From positions 18,290,001-18,354,000 of the forward strand of contig NC_135825.1 of the NCBI RefSeq assembly GCF_964213995.1: 64,000 nucleotides of DNA, read 5' to 3'. The notes below the pieces were generated by a model. That model saw only the letters and a program-made list of their open reading frames with translations. It was not told the origin of the DNA and searched no databases. Below, piece after piece: positions 61,701-64,000 of this stretch (position 1 is the first letter of the stretch; each line of letters opens with the position of its first letter). The DNA comes from Mustelus asterias. Its lineage: Eukaryota. The translations under genes and the position numbers were made by a program.

Positions 61701-62527
61701 ATGATTCTATTCTATGATAAGTACATAAGAGTGCTTACAAACACACATATACATGTTCAAAACAGTCAATTGTAGGTTGATGCTTTGGATAGTTTCAGAC
61801 TGGATTCAATGTTCTTTCCTGATTCTGCATCAAAGCAAGTTAAAGATGATTATAGATGATTTCCGTCTTTTCTTCTGCAATCAGCAGCTGCATTTTGATA
61901 TTGAAGATGCTGCCTGCATTGTGTGGCTGGTCAAAAGACAGGCAGGGGACAAGTTTGCAGGACAGTGAGAGAGAGAGGGTACCAACTGAGGGCCTTTCTT
62001 ATCTCACTCTGACTGGCCTAGAACAAAACAGTTTCTTAAACACAAAGAGGGTTAGTTTGCTCATCACATGATGTCTGCTCACAAACTGACCAGGAATCCA
62101 ACATGGTCATATGAAACTAGTTTCAAAACATTTAAATTATAAAATGGTGGTATAAAAGTGGAGTACCTTCCTCAATCAGGATTCACTGTTCAACATAAAT
62201 GATTCAATGGTTTGACCCACACTCAGCTGAATCTATAGGTTATATCTGGATGTGTTGTGAATGCATCATTCATCTATGTTAATGGGCTACCTCTAGTCAA
62301 CCCAGGTCCTTACTGATGGCTTTGTAATTTGTAAGGTACAGCTATGTGAATGCTTGGCCATCTCAGGTGCTGCAGTTTAAGTCACTTTTCAAATGCTTTT
62401 GTTCAGCCAATTGAAACTTATATACTGGGTTCAGCCCCTCAATGATATAAAGCATGCATTTAAAGCAATATCAAAGGTAATAAAATGGTAAAATAGGCTT
62501 ACCTGTTCCAAGTAGAAGCTTTGCCAT
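40341..62527 (-). CDS. chia: Chitinase copy B (complete, 11 exons, 515 aa): GH18 acidic mammalian chitinase-like, with 63-aa Gly/Ser linker and CBM14
   Basis: join(62503-62527,49618-49647,49330-49531,48094-48150,47680-47830,47032-47156,45679-45805,45394-45576,44019-44135,41425-41563,40341-40732) = 1548 nt. Exons 1-10 are the same size as in copy [12 protein letters not shown]; ends GLVFDPSCDCCNWA like mammalian AMCase. Confidence 0.95.
40488..40676 (-). repeat. Coding repeat (GGT/GGC/AGT/AGC) encoding the GS linker of copy B
   Basis: 189 nt of acc/gcc/act/gct triplets on the + strand. Confidence 0.95.
41425..41563 (-). CDS. chia: Copy B exon 10
   Basis: 139 nt, [15 protein letters not shown]..., donor gtaagt. 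Confidence 0.93.
41949..42164. mobile_element. Penelope-like palindromic element nested in CR1
   Basis: Inverted arms aacaccaggttaaagtccaa / ttggactttaacctggtgtt; imperfect TSD ctaagYcattgaatYca at 41932-41948 and 42165-42181. Confidence 0.8.
44019..44135 (-). CDS. chia: Copy B exon 9
   Basis: 117 nt, ICAFLKDG...SFTAK. Confidence 0.95.
45030..45325 (+). mobile_element. HE1-type SINE, (TAAA)n-tail variant
   Basis: Consensus-like copy. Confidence 0.85.
45394..45576 (-). CDS. chia: Copy B exon 8
   Basis: 183 nt, NYTMIHWREEGAPAEKL...SYYE. Confidence 0.95.
45679..45805 (-). CDS. chia: Copy B exon 7
   Basis: 127 nt, [27 protein letters not shown]. Confidence 0.95.
47032..47156 (-). CDS. chia: Copy B exon 6 ([25 protein letters not shown]...LGQ)
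   Basis: 125 nt, tag/gtaagt. Confidence 0.93.
47680..47830 (-). CDS. chia: Copy B exon 5, catalytic motif [11 protein letters not shown]
   Basis: 151 nt, within ORF 47401..47856. Confidence 0.95.
48094..48150 (-). CDS. chia: Copy B exon 4 ([18 protein letters not shown])
   Basis: 57 nt, ag/gtaag. Confidence 0.95.
48879..49060. mobile_element. Second Penelope-like family, palindromic fragment (related pieces at 1-30 and 16535-16632)
   Basis: aaaagcaaaatactgcagatgctggaatctgaaataaaaacagaaaatgctgga... with partial inverted arm. Confidence 0.6.
49330..49531 (-). CDS. chia: Copy B exon 3
   Basis: 202 nt, [41 protein letters not shown]. Confidence 0.95.
49618..49647 (-). CDS. chia: Copy B exon 2 ([11 protein letters not shown])
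   Basis: 30 nt, ttacag/gtgagt. Confidence 0.9.
49960..50830 (-). mobile_element. Degenerate CR1 fragment
   Basis: ORF 49978..50160, [17 protein letters not shown]. Confidence 0.8.
52486..55430 (-). mobile_element. Decayed Harbinger-like element inside the 3' LTR, with nested SINE (53765-54120), L2-like piece (54120-54465) and SINE head (54595-54665)
   Basis: Minus-strand Myb-like remnant AAPKFSD..ATLCRLLDVVEG...SMNDLRSAR at about 54930-55160. Confidence 0.55.
56196..59145 (-). mobile_element. Long degenerate CR1 LINE (endonuclease to RT), rearranged or nested
   Basis: ORF fragments ETLCVELRNKKG, ILDLVL, KVNPKMFYQYI, LDFNKALDKVPH, LGLFSLELRRLRG. Confidence 0.88.
59523..59900 (-). mobile_element. 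CR1 3' fragment
   Basis: C-terminal half of ORF 59550..60152 (DLIEVYKII...FTQRVMNVWNKLP). Confidence 0.88.
59945..60138 (+). mobile_element. Solo LTR (194 bp)
   Basis: TGTTA...TAACA termini, internal AATAAA, perfect 5-bp TSD GCAGG at 59940-59944 and 60139-60143. Confidence 0.85.
60745..60885 (+). mobile_element. Very short CR1 3' end, same family as 17890-19698
   Basis: ggagggatacaaaag..tggtctagtttggaccagggag...(gttcttt)n. Confidence 0.8.
62503..62527 (-). CDS. chia: Copy B exon 1 (MAKLLLGT)
   Basis: 25 nt, identical to copy A exon 1, gtaagc donor. Confidence 0.9.
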
Positions 62528-62750
62528 CTTGCAGCTGGTGTGTTGTGGGCATCAACTCTCTCTTTTATACACTGAGTTTATCATTAGTGCTCAATAATTC
62601 CAAACATCATTTACCTTATCACTGGGAAAGGGTCAGTCAATGGAAAAATAACAGTTCTTATCTTATCTTCATAACATTATTTATACATAAGGCACTACTT
62701 ATATCTTTTACAATGTAATCTAGATTGTCGACCTTCATTGTAATGCCAAA
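62528..62750 (-). promoter_or_regulatory. Copy B 5'UTR and promoter
   Basis: TATAAAA at 62563-62569; GATA sites at about 62578, 62616 and a tandem pair at about 62658-62668. Confidence 0.75.
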
Positions 62751-62869
62751 CCTGTTCTTGAACTAGAAACAGGCCAGGAAATTGGCGGGAAGAGTTGAGT
62801 GGCCCATGTTCTTTGACGTGAGATCAGGAAGAACAGGAATGCTCAAGGCTTCAGATCTAAGTTGGACAT

Positions 62870-63620
62870 GCAGTGAGAAACATGGGAACATCAGTCAGAG
62901 TTGTCAGAGGCCTCGAACAAGGTGACATAAGTAATGGAAGAGTCTATCTTTTTGCTTTCTAATGTCATGGTTCCGGCATGTGAATACATCAAAGTTTCCA
63001 CGGAGAGGATCATGGATGCCATGGAGAACCATGTCCAGCAGAACACGCGGTTTTTACCAGGAATGCTCTCGGGAATGCAGTATATCCCTGCAGCCATGGC
63101 CGTGTTCCAGCAGCAACTAGGTGAGAAGGGAACAGGCCATCTCGATCTCCCATAATGTGCTGCTTCTCCGCAAGGAGTCAGGGAGGGGCCCTCAGGCACC
63201 CAAAGGGAGGAAGAGTATCAGTTGGACACCCCAGGTCATCCCACTCAGGATATTTCAAGACTGTTCTGACTTTCCTAAACCCCTCTGGTCTGTGACCAGA
63301 TCAACTTCAGCTGCTCAGGGCAAGAATGTATCACCTACCCATGAAGAGGAGTTCCAAAGCTCCTGTTAGGCTGAGACCTAAAGAAGATGGCACCAAAGTC
63401 ATCATGAACAAGATGGCAGAGTCAGCAGGCAACCTCCACCTCTGCTGAGTGTGTTGGCGATGCATCTAAATTTAGCGGTTGAATTAGAAAGATTAAGAAG
63501 TTCTGAATTCACACTGGTGGGGCTAGTATATAATCACTGTTTATCATTTGAACATTTGTCAATATATATTACCTTGCCCTTTCTGTATGTTTTCTCGATT
63601 CATTCATGTAAGCACCAACC
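62870..63620 (+). mobile_element. Probable Harbinger-like remnant upstream of the copy B promoter
   Basis: Decayed low-complexity coding-like sequence resembling the C-terminal part of the other remnants; weak evidence. Confidence 0.35.
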
Positions 63621-64000
63621 CTTCCAGGTTCATAGAAGACCAAGGATGGGTATCCCATCCCTCACTTCTCTGCGGTGTCACTGCTCTTTGATAAATGTGT
63701 GAAAAACTTCCCTCTATCACTATTCCGCTTACCTCCACTTCTCTCAATGCCGTTTACATGAATCTTTGCCTTGTCCTAATGGAAAGACAAACTACATGAG
63801 TATTTGTTGGGGATGGCCATGAACCCAGGAGGATGGAAATTTGAAGTTGCGAGTTGGCAGTCATTCACCTGCCTCTTGTGGAATCCGCTTTTCTCTCTTC
63901 CCTCATCCTTCATTCGGGGCCAGTCATTTAAAATTGAGGTGTGTAGAAATTTCTTCTTGTGGTGAGTGGTAAATCTCTGGAATTCTCTGCCCCAAAGGGG

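Larger units (their letters stand above)
52200..62420 (-). mobile_element. Near-complete but heavily decayed Gmr1-like Gypsy provirus in intron 1 of B (two LTRs; gag, INT, RT)
   Basis: 5' LTR about 61740-62420; gag HVEEQSVSK about 61590-61515; Zn knuckle CFHCNKADH about 61340-61310; INT Zn region REILRISHEIPMDGH about 60980-60930; RT RLCTDYRK / TKLDLLKGYWQ / VMPF about 59520-59150; 3' LTR split into 55440-56195 and 52200-52485. Confidence 0.75.

Overview
Vertebrate, very probably shark (elasmobranch), genomic DNA. The repeat landscape is HE1-type tRNA-SINEs, CR1 LINEs, Penelope-type hairpins and Harbinger remnants. The core of the window is a head-to-tail tandem array, about 30 kb per unit, of 11-exon GH18 acidic-chitinase-like (chia) genes on the minus strand. 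Copy B (CDS 62527->40341, 515 aa) and copy A (33981->10084, 542 aa) are complete. Copy C contributes only its promoter and exon 1 (ATG at 3330) and continues off the left edge. Both complete genes were reconstructed by hand: all introns are GT-AG, frames are open, and each protein has a signal peptide, an intact DxxDxDxE motif, a pure Gly/Ser linker (90 aa in A, 63 aa in B) and a C-terminal CBM14 chitin-binding domain. Points of interest: (1) very long, apparently independently expanded GS linkers; (2) shared unusual changes around the active-site cleft; (3) a codon-aligned antisense Thr/Ala-rich ORF over the last exon; (4) one ancestral Gmr1-like Gypsy provirus in intron 1 with three different fates in the three paralogs; (5) a Copia-like element with an iMet primer-binding site; (6) hammerhead-ribozyme-bearing hairpin insertions; (7) a structured module in a young CR1 3'UTR. 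Exon coordinates were counted directly. Repeat boundaries are approximate, and human residue numbers and exon sizes are from memory.
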